Assembly (NCBI GenBank): GCA_038245295.1
Contig: JBBRSP010000003.1
Span: forward strand, 1-64,000
Length of the DNA: 64,000 nt
Reading direction: 5' to 3'
DNA from: Candidatus Binatia bacterium
GTDB lineage: Bacteria > Desulfobacterota > Binatia > HRBIN30
The notes beneath the pieces were generated by a model. It searched no databases, was not told where the DNA came from, and worked only from the letters and a program-made list of their open reading frames with translations. The translations under genes and the position numbers were made by a program. Shown here piece after piece: positions 7,293 through 16,907 of the stretch. The number at the start of each line of letters is the position of its first letter. Positions within the stretch are counted from its first letter, which is position 1.

Positions 7293-9575
7293 TTAGGCGG
7301 CCAGGGCTACTTCGTTTCCTTCGAGGGCGATGGCCAGCACCTCGTCGACCGAGGTGACGGGGTGGAAGCGGATCTGGTTGCGCACTTGTTCCGGCACTTC
7401 GTCGAGATCGCCACGGTTGCGTTCCGGGATGATCACGTCGGTGAGCCCCGCGGCGTGGGCCGCCAGGACCTTCTGCTTCAGTCCACCGATCGGCAGGACG
7501 CGGCCTTGCAGTGTCACCTCGCCGGTCATGCCCACCGTGTGTTTCACCGGTCGGTTGGTCAGCAGCGACGCCAGGGCGGTCACCATGGTCACGCCGGCGC
7601 TGGGTCCGTCCTTCGGGATCGCGCCGGCCGGGACGTGCATGTGGAACTGGCGGTTGGCGAACGACTCGAAGTCGATCCCCAGTCGCCGCGCGTGGCTGCG
7701 CACGTAACTCAACGCGATACGCGCCGACTCCTTCATCACGTCGCCGAGTTGGCCGGTGAGTAGCAGTCCGTCCTGGCCGGGCATCGATGTGGCCTCGACG
7801 AACAGCACGTCACCTCCGGCGCCGGTCACAGCCAGGCCGGTCGCCACTCCAGGCACCGCGGTTCGGACCGCCGATTCCTGGAAGAACTTCGGACGACCAA
7901 GCGAGGTGCGCACGAGATCCGGGTCGAGCGCCACCGGTGAGGTTGCCTTACCAGAGGCGACCTTGGTGGCGATCTTGCGCAAGGCGGTGCCAATCTCGCG
8001 CTCGAGCTGCCGCACGCCGGCTTCCTTTGTGTAGTCGGTGACAACCAAACGCAGAGTGGCATCGTCGACGACAACTTCGTCCGGTCGCAGGCCATTGCGC
8101 TCGATCTGCCGCGGCCACAGGTAGCCGCGTGCAATCGCCACCTTCTCTTCGGTGGTGTACCCGTCGAACTGAATCAGCTCCATCCGATCGAGCAGGGCGC
8201 GCGGGATGGTGTCGGCCACGTTGGCGGTGGCGATGAACAACACCTGCGACAGGTCCATCTCGACATCAAGGTAGTGATCGCGGAACGAGTGATTCTGCGC
8301 CGGATCGAGAACCTCGAGGAGCGCTGCGGACGGATCTCCACGCCAGTCGGCGCCGAGCTTGTCGACCTCGTCGAGCATGATGACCGGATTCATGGTCCCG
8401 GCATCACGCAGGGCGCGCACCAGGCGCCCCGGCATGGCGCCGATGTAGGTCCGGCGATGGCCGCGGATCTCGGCTTCGTCACGCACGCCGCCGAGCGACA
8501 TACGCACGAATTGGCGACCCGTGGCGCGGGCGATCGATTCGCCGATCGAGGTCTTGCCGGTGCCGGGAGGACCAACCAGGGCCAGGATGACGCCAGACCG
8601 ACGGTCGTCGGGGACGTTGCGTTCGCTGCGTAGCTTTCTCACCGCCAGATACTCGGTGATGCGATTCTTGACGTCGTCGAGTCCGGCATGATCGGCATCG
8701 AGAACCGAGCGCGCGTGCACCGGATCGAGGCGCTCTTCCGAGCTCTTGCTCCACGGCACGGCCAGCAGCCAGTCGAGATAGGTGCGAATGATCGACGATT
8801 CGGGGCTCTGCTCGCCCATCTTTTCGAAACGCGCCAGCTCGCGCTCTGCCTGCGCCTGCACCGCCTCGGGCATGCCGGCGGCGGCAATCTTGGTGCGGTA
8901 CTCTTCGCCTACCGAGCCGGCGTCGTCGCCCAACTCCTTACGAATCGACTCCATCTGGCGCCGCAAGTAGTACTGGCGCTGCTGATTTTGGGTGTCGGAC
9001 TCGACGTCCTCGCGGATACGCTTGCGAACTTGTAGTTCGGCAAGACGATCACGCTGGAAGGCGAGGGCGAGCGTGAGACGTTCGACGACGTCGAGCGCCT
9101 GTAGGAGCTGTTTTTTTTGTTCGAAACTGATCTCGGGCGCGTAGCCGGCAGTGTCGGCGAGGGCGCCGACATCGGTAATGGAACGAACGAAGGCGCTGAT
9201 CCGGCCGTTGTCACCGCGCAAGTCGAGAATCTCCTGCACGACGGCGCGGTAGTCACGCTCAAGGTCGGCGGTGCGACTGGCCGGCGGGATCTGGTCGGGT
9301 TTCTCTTCGACGTCGACGCGCACACCCCCAGCCGTGGTTGGGCTGGCGGCGCCGGCGCCGCCACGATGATGAGCGGTCAACACGACAGCGTTGCCGCGGC
9401 CAGGGACACTCCCCTGTTCGATGACGTCGGCGATGACGCCGACGGCGGCGTACTCGGTGCCGTGACGGGGGACAAGAAAGACACGTCGATCGTCGCCGAT
9501 ATCTACCGGCAGGGTGATCGACATGCCCGGGAACACGACGGTGTCATCCAGCGGTATGAGCCTGAGTGTGGTCAT
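7293..9575 (-). CDS. lon: ATP-dependent protease La (Lon)
   Basis: Walker A GPPGTGKT, RGHRRTYIGAMPG, catalytic PKDGPSAG and LPIGGLKQK. Start is 9575 or 9611. Confidence 0.95.
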   Translation of the reverse strand: MTTLRLIPLDDTVVFPGMSITLPVDIGDDRRVFLVPRHGTEYAAVGVIADVIEQGSVPGRGNAVVLTAHHRGGAGAASPTTAGGVRVDVEEKPDQIPPASRTADLERDYRAVVQEILDLRGDNGRISAFVRSITDVGALADTAGYAPEISFEQKKQLLQALDVVERLTLALAFQRDRLAELQVRKRIREDVESDTQNQQRQYYLRRQMESIRKELGDDAGSVGEEYRTKIAAAGMPEAVQAQAERELARFEKMGEQSPESSIIRTYLDWLLAVPWSKSSEERLDPVHARSVLDADHAGLDDVKNRITEYLAVRKLRSERNVPDDRRSGVILALVGPPGTGKTSIGESIARATGRQFVRMSLGGVRDEAEIRGHRRTYIGAMPGRLVRALRDAGTMNPVIMLDEVDKLGADWRGDPSAALLEVLDPAQNHSFRDHYLDVEMDLSQVLFIATANVADTIPRALLDRMELIQFDGYTTEEKVAIARGYLWPRQIERNGLRPDEVVVDDATLRLVVTDYTKEAGVRQLEREIGTALRKIATKVASGKATSPVALDPDLVRTSLGRPKFFQESAVRTAVPGVATGLAVTGAGGDVLFVEATSMPGQDGLLLTGQLGDVMKESARIALSYVRSHARRLGIDFESFANRQFHMHVPAGAIPKDGPSAGVTMVTALASLLTNRPVKHTVGMTGEVTLQGRVLPIGGLKQKVLAAHAAGLTDVIIPERNRGDLDEVPEQVRNQIRFHPVTSVDEVLAIALEGNEVALAA

Positions 9576-9687
9576 AGCCGCCTGAGGTAAGGCGTGATCT
9601 GTCGATGTCAACGATTTCTGTGGAGGGTGTCGCAGTTAGGGCAAGCGGAAGGCGGTCTGCGGCGTCCTCGCGGGCGATCGTTCACAT

Positions 9688-9711
9688 CGCAAGCCAAAGC
9701 TTGCGCCTACC
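9688..9711. repeat. GTAG-type REP palindrome
   Basis: CGCAAGCCAAAGCTTGCGCCTACC; related copies at 16854-16888, 24390-24407 and 62672-62735, all just 3' of genes. Confidence 0.65.
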
Positions 9712-9719
9712 AGGCTTCT

Positions 9720-10808
9720 CTAGCTGGCCTTCTTGAGTGCGGCACCTTTCTCGGCGATGCAGACGAGCAGGGCCTCCCACGACTTCACGAAGGCGGCCGC
9801 GCCGTCGGTCTGTAAACGCTGCGCCAGGGCGTCGATGTCGACACCGGCCTTCTTGATCTCGGCGAGTTTTGCCTCGGCTGGACCACCATCGTGGGCCATC
9901 ATCGCACCGATCTTGCCATGATCGGCAAGCGCCAGCAGGGTTTTCTCCGGCATCGTATTGATGGTGTGCGGCGCCGCCAGGGTTTCTACATAGAGAAGGT
10001 CGGAGGCTTTCGGATCTTTGGTTCCCGTGCTGGCCCACAAGAGGCGCTGGGCGCGAGCGCCGAAATTGACCAGGCGTAGCCAGCGATCCGAGCTGAGCAG
10101 GTTGCGATACGCCGCGTAGGTGCGCTGGGCGATCGCGTTGCCGAGTTGGTTCTCCAGCGCCGCGGGCACCACTTTGCCGACGATGGCGGCATCCCAGCGG
10201 CTGATGAACACCGACGCCACCGATGTGACGCGGGGATTCAAGCCGGCGGCGACACGGCGTTCGATCCCACGCATGTAGGCTTCGGCGGCAGCCAAATATT
10301 GCTCGCACGAGAACAGCAGCGTCACATTGATAGGCACACCGGCGAAGATCGCTTCCTCGATGGCAGGAATGCCTTCCGGCGTGCCGGGAATCTTGATGAA
10401 CAGGTTGGGCCGCGCGGCGCGCGCGAACAGGTCCTTGGCGGCTGCCAGCGTGCTGGCGGTGTCATACGCCAGCTTGGGCGAGACCTCGAGGGACACCCAG
10501 CCGTCGACATGATCCGTCGCCTCGTGAATCGGTCGGAACAGGTCGGCGGCGCGCGTCAGATCATCGAGGGCCAGGTCGAAGAACACCTCTTCACCGCTCT
10601 TGCCGGCGGAGGTGCCGGCGCCGATCGCGGCGTCGTAGTCGTTGCTGTTCTTGATGGCGTTGTCGAAGATCGTCGGGTTTGAGGTCAAGCCCGATACCGA
10701 CAGGTCCTTGATGTAGCGGGCGATGCCACCGCTGGAGAGCAGGGCGCGCGTGATGTTGTCGAGCCAGATGCTTTGACCCGCGTCGTGCAGTTGATGGGTT
10801 GCCTTCAT
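9720..10808 (-). CDS. tal: Transaldolase
   Basis: GQSIWLDN, GLTSNPTIF, FIKIPGTPEG (Schiff-base Lys), NVTLLFS, LLWASTGTK. Confidence 0.95.
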   Translation of the reverse strand: MKATHQLHDAGQSIWLDNITRALLSSGGIARYIKDLSVSGLTSNPTIFDNAIKNSNDYDAAIGAGTSAGKSGEEVFFDLALDDLTRAADLFRPIHEATDHVDGWVSLEVSPKLAYDTASTLAAAKDLFARAARPNLFIKIPGTPEGIPAIEEAIFAGVPINVTLLFSCEQYLAAAEAYMRGIERRVAAGLNPRVTSVASVFISRWDAAIVGKVVPAALENQLGNAIAQRTYAAYRNLLSSDRWLRLVNFGARAQRLLWASTGTKDPKASDLLYVETLAAPHTINTMPEKTLLALADHGKIGAMMAHDGGPAEAKLAEIKKAGVDIDALAQRLQTDGAAAFVKSWEALLVCIAEKGAALKKAS

Positions 10809-11503
10809 GATTCCTCCTGCGCCGGTGCCGCGGCGAGCAGCGCCGGCAGATCGTACTTTTGCAAATCGGCAATGTGTTCGAGAGTCACGTCTGGTGTAGG
10901 GAACGTAGCGACCTCCGGGGCAAAGGCATAGTGGCCTTGTCGCGGGAATACGGTGGTGACCCGAGAGCCCCAGATCTGCTTCACGGCGGTGAGAATCCGC
11001 ACCTTGTCGTCGACCAGGACGTAATGATCGGCCGGATAGTGTCGTTCGACATCATCCAGATCGCGTTCCTTATGGATGTAGATCAGCACGCGCCCGTGGA
11101 ACGCCTCGAACAAGCCGGAGCGTTCCACCTTGCGTGGTTGAAACACCACGTCACCGTCGGAGAGAATCACGCTTGGACCCCACGCGGTGACATGTTTGAC
11201 GACGTCTAGCGCTCCCGGGAACAGGCAGTGGGCGAACGGGTAATTCAGGAGATATGACGACGCCGCCAGAAGGTGCGGCTCGTGCGGGTGTTTGATGCGA
11301 TAACGTTGCAACGCGCCGAGATAGTCGGCGTAGCCGATCTCGGCGCGGATCTCTTCGAAGATCGTCCAGTACTCTTCGGAGCAGGAGTGACCGACGGCGC
11401 GCGCCAGGTAGTGCCGCCAGTCCGCCGCGACGCGTTCGTTGTCGAGCAGCGTATTGTCGACATCGAACAAGAAGACGACCGGTTCTCGAGCCCGACCGCT
11501 CAT
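10805..11503 (-). CDS. HAD-superfamily hydrolase
   Basis: FLFDVDNTLL motif I, LSDGD, VDDK; stop overlaps the tal start. True start is probably 11503. Confidence 0.88.
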   Translation of the reverse strand: MSGRAREPVVFLFDVDNTLLDNERVAADWRHYLARAVGHSCSEEYWTIFEEIRAEIGYADYLGALQRYRIKHPHEPHLLAASSYLLNYPFAHCLFPGALDVVKHVTAWGPSVILSDGDVVFQPRKVERSGLFEAFHGRVLIYIHKERDLDDVERHYPADHYVLVDDKVRILTAVKQIWGSRVTTVFPRQGHYAFAPEVATFPTPDVTLEHIADLQKYDLPALLAAAPAQEES

Positions 11504-11567
11504 CGGTTCTCCGCTCGGGGCGTCGGGCTCGTCGGCCGTAAATCGCAGGGGCGCGCCACGTATCGCC

Positions 11568-11966
11568 TCAACCCATTGTCGAGAAACGCAGCGGCTCGAT
11601 CTTATAGATGACGCGTTGTTCGCCGGGTTTGCGCAATGGGTACTGATCGAGGCCCATGTACTTCTTGGCGAGTGAATCGATGTGGGCGTCGGCGCCGGAC
11701 TCGGTGATCTCGACGACCTTGCCGCGGATTTCCAGATAACGATACAGATTGTCGGGATCCTGGATCGACAGGGCAACGCGAGCGTCGCGTCGCATATTCT
11801 TGTCCTTCAAACGACCCTTCGCCGAGTTCACCCAGATCAGATCGCCGTGCCGATCGACCCAGACCGGTGTGGTCTGCGGTCCCCCACCCGGCATCAACGT
11901 CGCCAGGTGTGCGAGAGCCTTCTTTTCCAAGAGATCGGCAAAGCCTGCGGGAATCTGTTCGGCCAT
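11568..11966 (-). CDS. PPOX-class putative F420-dependent oxidoreductase
   Basis: AHLATLMPGGGPQTTPVW, GRLKDKNMRRDARVALSI, YRYLEIRG; RBS GGAGG. Confidence 0.88.
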   Translation of the reverse strand: MAEQIPAGFADLLEKKALAHLATLMPGGGPQTTPVWVDRHGDLIWVNSAKGRLKDKNMRRDARVALSIQDPDNLYRYLEIRGKVVEITESGADAHIDSLAKKYMGLDQYPLRKPGEQRVIYKIEPLRFSTMG

Positions 11967-12373
11967 CGTCTGTTCCTCCTGTTCTTTAAGTCGGTTACTT
12001 GGGCTTTCGATGCAACCCCAAGAGTGTATCCGGCAACGGCATCGCGGCCGCTTGATGCTTCGGGCATCGGACGGAGTCAACCTGAACACACGGGCAGGTG
12101 GTTCCAGGGGGGTGCTGAAACGATTTGTCCAGGTCCCTAGTAGCTGCTTCGAGAGTATGCGATATAGAACGCATTGATACACCCGCTGGAGCGGTGCCGC
12201 GCTGTCTTCGTGATGGCACGACCGGCGGTCGAAAGGGCAAAGACCTCTCACACGACGATTCTTCTGGCTCCCTTGCGCGCTCTCCGAGTTCCCACCTCTC
12301 CGAGGGTTCGAATCAGTATCCTGCTGCCGCCATTTCGGGCTGCATGCGAAGTCGTCTCAAACCTTGGAGAATT

Positions 12374-13732
12374 ATGGAAACCTCAATGAATCAACTCAAC
12401 CTGGTCCCGGAGCTGGTCGATGCTGTGGCCGACATGGGCTACACCATCGCCACGCCGATCCAGGCCCAGGCGATCCCTGTGGTCTTGGCCGGCCGGGACC
12501 TGATCGGTTGTGCCTCGACAGGCACCGGCAAGACGGCCGCTTTTCTATTGCCGGTGTTGCAGATGCTGCGCGGCCGTCGACATGACGGCTGCCGTGCCCT
12601 GATCCTGTCCCCAACACGCGAGCTTGCCCTGCAGATCGACGAGCAGGCACTGGCGCTGGGCTATCACCTCGACCTGAGCGCCACTGCTGTTGTCGGCGGC
12701 GTTGAGATGGGTCCGCAAGAACGGGCCTTGCGTGAAGGCTGTGCGATCGTAGTGGCAACCCCGGGGCGGCTGCTCGATCACATGCGTTTCAACTACGTTG
12801 ATCTGACCCACGTCGAAGTGCTCGTCCTCGACGAGGCGGATCGCATGCTCGACATGGGCTTTCTGCCGGACATCAAACGCATCCTGGCCGCCTTGCCAGT
12901 CAAGCGTCAGACACTGTTGTTCTCGGCGACGATGTCGCCGCGCATCCGCCAACTCGCCGAAGAGATTCTGCATGAGCCGGTCACTGTGACCGTCGACGCT
13001 CAGAAGCCGGCGACCGGCATTGCCCAGAGCTCCTGTCGTGTCGCCTCGGAACGTAAGGTGGCGTTGCTGACCACCCTGTTGCGGCGCGACAAGATGGATT
13101 CCGTCCTGGTGTTCGTGCGACGCAAGATCGACGCCGACCGCCTGGCGCGCTCGGTTGTTCGCAGCGGCATTACGGCGACCAGTATTCACGCCGATCGGAC
13201 CCAGGCGGAGCGAGTTGCCGCCCTGGAAGGCTTCCGGAGCGGCCAGTTCGCTGTTCTGATCGCCACCGACGTGGCGGCGCGCGGTCTCGACGTCAGCGGC
13301 ATCTCCCACGTCATCAACTTCGACGTGCCGCACTCCTCCGAGGACTACATCCACCGGGCCGGCCGCACGGCGCGTGCCGGAGCGGAAGGCGAGGTCATTA
13401 CCTTCGTCTCTCCCGACGAGGAAGAACGGATGCGCGAGATCGAAAAAGCACTCGGGATGACCTTGTCACGCCGGCAGGTCGCCGGCTTCGAAGCCGGCCG
13501 GGAGTCGAATGGCCACTCTTCGGCCCCTCAACCAAGCGCGGCGTGCGCCGCCCGCGGGCCCGATCCCGCGGCGGTCGCAACCGATCGCGTCCTTCGAGCG
13601 CTGCTCCGTCGCACAGCGCCGAGTAAGCGTAGGGGCCCCTTGGGTCTATTGCTGCCCGCCCCTGTGGGGCGGTGCAGCCTCCTCCCAGGCCGATCCCGGT
13701 GCCCCTCGCGATCCGCTCGCGGCCTGCTATGA
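12374..13732 (+). CDS. DEAD-box RNA helicase (RhlE-like); C-terminal tail possibly frameshifted
   Basis: TPIQ, STGTGKT, PTRELA, TPGRL, DEADRMLDMGF, SAT, ARGLD, HRAGRTAR. The likely true stop is 13626 (see findings). Confidence 0.93.
   Translation: METSMNQLNLVPELVDAVADMGYTIATPIQAQAIPVVLAGRDLIGCASTGTGKTAAFLLPVLQMLRGRRHDGCRALILSPTRELALQIDEQALALGYHLDLSATAVVGGVEMGPQERALREGCAIVVATPGRLLDHMRFNYVDLTHVEVLVLDEADRMLDMGFLPDIKRILAALPVKRQTLLFSATMSPRIRQLAEEILHEPVTVTVDAQKPATGIAQSSCRVASERKVALLTTLLRRDKMDSVLVFVRRKIDADRLARSVVRSGITATSIHADRTQAERVAALEGFRSGQFAVLIATDVAARGLDVSGISHVINFDVPHSSEDYIHRAGRTARAGAEGEVITFVSPDEEERMREIEKALGMTLSRRQVAGFEAGRESNGHSSAPQPSAACAARGPDPAAVATDRVLRALLRRTAPSKRRGPLGLLLPAPVGRCSLLPGRSRCPSRSARGLL
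13651..13678 (+). terminator. GC-rich hairpin downstream of the probable true helicase stop
   Basis: GCTGC-CCGCCCC-TGT-GGGGCGG-T-GCAGC; no U-tract. Confidence 0.35.
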
Positions 13733-13819
13733 TAATGTCTTCTTTATCGGATCGATCGGCACCGAGCGGGCGGGCCCCCTCCGGGGTGACACGTCGCGTG
13801 TCGGGAGTAAGGAGACTCA

Positions 13820-14239
13820 TTGATGATTTCGCCGACTGTAGGGAAGAGCGTCGATGGCTGGTGTGCGCGTTGTAAGCTTATGCTGGCCCACACCATCGAA
13901 GCAGTTGTCAGCGAGAAGATCACTCGCACCCACTGCAACACGTGTGGTGCCCAGCACGCCCACCGCAAGAACCCCCCGGGAACCGTCAAGAAGCGTGCGA
14001 CGACCGGCACCCGGGCCAAATCGGCCTCGCCGGCGGTGATCGACTATCAGGCGCTGCTGCGCGGTAAAGATGTCAGCAATGCCCGCCCATATAAGATCTC
14101 TGAGCGATTTCAATCAAAAGAGCTCATCAACCACCCTACATTCGGCGTCGGTCTGGTGATGGCCGTACGTGATACCAGCAAGATCGACGTCGGCTTCGCC
14201 GACGGCATGAAGACGCTGGCACAAGGTCTGGTTCTTTAA
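13820..14239 (+). CDS. Hypothetical protein with a CxxC..H..CxxC zinc-ribbon-like N-terminus and an HPTFGVGLV C-terminal beta module
   Basis: RBS AAGGAG; WCARCK, HCNTCG; extended -10-like TGCTATGAT at 13725-13733. Confidence 0.75.
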   Translation: MMISPTVGKSVDGWCARCKLMLAHTIEAVVSEKITRTHCNTCGAQHAHRKNPPGTVKKRATTGTRAKSASPAVIDYQALLRGKDVSNARPYKISERFQSKELINHPTFGVGLVMAVRDTSKIDVGFADGMKTLAQGLVL

Positions 14240-14420
14240 GTTTCCGCGACGGAGACGGCTGCAGCACGCAGCCGTCTCGTCACGTCTCTCCTGCCTTCCA
14301 CATTCTCTCCCCTTTGACATTTTGATGATGTTCTTGCTTTTCCGACGTCAGGTCGTGCGGATCGTTTGAGCTTGCGGCGAGGGTGGTCTACAAGCGCCGG
14401 ACAACGAGGTTGAGCGTCGG

Positions 14421-15926
14421 GTGGACCAATCAGCAGTCGAGAAAGAACGGGACCTCTATCTTCGCTTACTTCAGCTTGGTCGGGAGCAAGAGATTCAGCG
14501 TCTGCTCCCGGAAGCACTGGCACTCGTCGTAGAAGTGACCGCGGCGCGGTGCGGTTATCTGCAGTTGCATGACGACGACGATCCGCCGGATGAGCCGCGC
14601 TGGTCGATCTCGCACGAGTTTTCCCCCGATGAAGTGACGACGGTGCGCGGCACCATTTCGCGGGGCATCATCGCCGCGGCGATCGCCACCGGCAAAACCA
14701 TCGTTACCCAGTCGGCGCTGCTCGACGAGCGCTTCAGCGGCCGCGAGAGCGTGCGCGGGGCGCAGATCGAGGCGGTGCTATGCGCCCCGATCGGCCGTCA
14801 TCCTCCCAAAGGTGTTCTGTATTTGCAGGGCCGTCCGGGGCGAGGTCCGTTCTCGAGCGAAGACCTCGGTCGCGCCGAAATCTTCGCCGATCATCTTGTG
14901 CCGATCATAGATCGCGTCGCGACGTCACAGCGGTTGCGACGGGAGACCGATCCGACGCAGGTCTATCGAACACGATTGACCCTCGACACGATCGTCGGGC
15001 GCAGCGCGGCGCTTGCCGATGTCTTGAAACAGGTGTCGTTGCTGGCGCCACTCGATATCACCGTCTTGCTGACCGGCGATTCGGGCACCGGCAAGAGCCA
15101 GCTTGCAAAAGCGATTCACGATAACGGCCCGCGAGCGACGCAGCCGTTCGTCGAGGTCAACTGTGCGGCCCTACCGGATAGTCTGGTCGAGCAAGAGCTG
15201 TTTGGTTCGGTCGCCGGGGCGCACTCGACGGCGACCCGTGCCATGCCCGGCAAGGTTGCCGCGGCGGAACGCGGGACCCTTTTCCTCGACGAAATCGGCG
15301 CCATGCCCATGGCGACGCAAGCCAAATTGCTGCAGGTCTTGCAGTCAAAGCAGTACTATCCGTTGGGTAGCGCCAAGCCGCACCAGGCCGATGTTCGACT
15401 CATTGCGGCGACGAACGCCGATCTCAAGCACGAAGTCGCCGAGCATCGATTCCGCGAAGATCTGTTTTTCCGCCTACACGTTCTGCCGGTGCGTCTGCCG
15501 TCCCTCGCCGAACGGCGCGACGATATCGAGGAACTCGTGCCGCATTTCTGTCTGCGCGCCAGCGAGCGCTATGGCGTGGCCCGGCTGACGCCGTCACGCC
15601 GCGCCATCCAGGCTTGCCGCGTGGCGGACTGGCCCGGGAATGTTCGCGAACTGCAGCACGCGATCGAAGCGGCTGTGATTCGCGGCGCCGGAGAAGGCGC
15701 AAGCGAGATTGGTCAGCAGCACGTCTTCCCTGAATCCCGAACCGCCGAGGTCGGGGTGATGCAACAACTGTCGTTTCAGGAAGCGACCCGTCGCTTTCAC
15801 GCTGACCTGCTGCGCGGCGCCCTGGAAGAGTCAGACTGGAATGTCGCCGAGACGGCGCGTCGTCTCGATCTCGCGCGCTCGCACCTGTACACGCTGATCA
15901 ATGTTCTCGATCTGAAGGACAAATGA
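14421..15926 (+). CDS. GAF + AAA+ + Fis-HTH enhancer-binding-protein-like regulator
   Basis: GDSGTGKS, VNCAAL, GTLFLDEIG, WPGNVREL, C-terminal HTH; the GAFTGA loop reads GAHSTA. Confidence 0.92.
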   Translation: MDQSAVEKERDLYLRLLQLGREQEIQRLLPEALALVVEVTAARCGYLQLHDDDDPPDEPRWSISHEFSPDEVTTVRGTISRGIIAAAIATGKTIVTQSALLDERFSGRESVRGAQIEAVLCAPIGRHPPKGVLYLQGRPGRGPFSSEDLGRAEIFADHLVPIIDRVATSQRLRRETDPTQVYRTRLTLDTIVGRSAALADVLKQVSLLAPLDITVLLTGDSGTGKSQLAKAIHDNGPRATQPFVEVNCAALPDSLVEQELFGSVAGAHSTATRAMPGKVAAAERGTLFLDEIGAMPMATQAKLLQVLQSKQYYPLGSAKPHQADVRLIAATNADLKHEVAEHRFREDLFFRLHVLPVRLPSLAERRDDIEELVPHFCLRASERYGVARLTPSRRAIQACRVADWPGNVRELQHAIEAAVIRGAGEGASEIGQQHVFPESRTAEVGVMQQLSFQEATRRFHADLLRGALEESDWNVAETARRLDLARSHLYTLINVLDLKDK

Positions 15927-15972
15927 GCAGCCAGAAGAATGGTCTGATGATGAGGTCTCAGAGGAGGAATCG

Positions 15973-16758
15973 ATGCGACTGAAGGATAAAGTAGCGATCA
16001 TCACCGGGGCGGGGCAGGGCATTGGCCGCGCCTACGCGAATCGTTTCGCGTACGAGGGTGCCGACATCGTGATCGCCGAGATCAACGAGGAGTGGGGACA
16101 ACGAACCGCCGAGGAAGTGAAGCAGGCGGGCCGTCAGTCGCTGTTCGTGAAGACTGACGTGTCGAACGAGGAAAGCACCAAGGCCCTGGCGGCCAAGGCG
16201 GCCGAGAAGTTCGGCCACATCGACATTCTCATCAATAACGCGGCGATCTTTTTCGGGATGAGTCGCGACGACTCGTCGCTCGCCTACTTCAATAAGATTC
16301 TGTCGGTGAATTTGACCGGCGTGTGGTTGTGTACCCGCGCCGTCGAGCCGTACATGAAGCGCCAACGCAAAGGCAAGATCATCAACCAATCGTCGACCGC
16401 CGCCTTCATGGGCAACACCGGTTTCGTCGAGACCGAAGATCCGGACAAGCCGTCGCCGCCCTTTCACTACAGCGTCGCCAAGATGGGTGTGAATGGGATG
16501 ACGAAGTATTTCGCCGGCTCGCTCGGCCCGTGGGGAATCAACGTCAACGCCATCGCCCCGGGCGTGACGATGACCGAAGCCACCAAGAGCGTCGTGCCCG
16601 AGGAGATGATCAACTCGCTGGTCATGTTTACTTCGCTGCGCAAAGCGCTACAGCCGGAAGACCTTACGGGCACGGCTACCTTTCTGGCCTCCGAAGACAG
16701 CGATCTGATGACCGGCCAGGTGCTTGTCGTCGACGGTGGAATGTTCATGCTCGGCTAG
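15973..16758 (+). CDS. SDR family oxidoreductase
   Basis: TGAGQGIG, NNAA, YSVAK (YxxxK), VDGG; strong RBS GAGGAGG. Confidence 0.92.
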   Translation: MRLKDKVAIITGAGQGIGRAYANRFAYEGADIVIAEINEEWGQRTAEEVKQAGRQSLFVKTDVSNEESTKALAAKAAEKFGHIDILINNAAIFFGMSRDDSSLAYFNKILSVNLTGVWLCTRAVEPYMKRQRKGKIINQSSTAAFMGNTGFVETEDPDKPSPPFHYSVAKMGVNGMTKYFAGSLGPWGINVNAIAPGVTMTEATKSVVPEEMINSLVMFTSLRKALQPEDLTGTATFLASEDSDLMTGQVLVVDGGMFMLG

Positions 16759-16853
16759 AAGTTGTCCGGGCGCTAAGCGCCCCTGGGGTTGCGCCTGGAT
16801 TCGCATCGGCGCGCCCCGAAGGCGGTTATGGTTCTCACCCGCGTCTTCGGAGC

Positions 16854-16888
16854 GGTAGGCGCAGGCTTCAGCCAGGCTTTAGCCTGCG
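16854..16888. repeat. GTAG-type REP palindrome
   Basis: GGTAGGCGCAGGCTTCAGCCAGGCTTTAGCCTGCG between convergent genes. Confidence 0.6.
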
Positions 16889-16907
16889 ATGGTGATGCGC
16901 GGGGTCG

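Noticed and set aside
9111..9118. Poly-T run (A8 on the coding strand) in lon as a phase-variation or slippage site
   Set aside because: The frame is intact (EQKKQ) and lon is complete; no evidence of shifting.
12295..12320. GGTTCGAATC resembling a tRNA T-loop
   Set aside because: No T-stem pairing, acceptor stem or anticodon arm; it is probably part of the helicase 5' leader.
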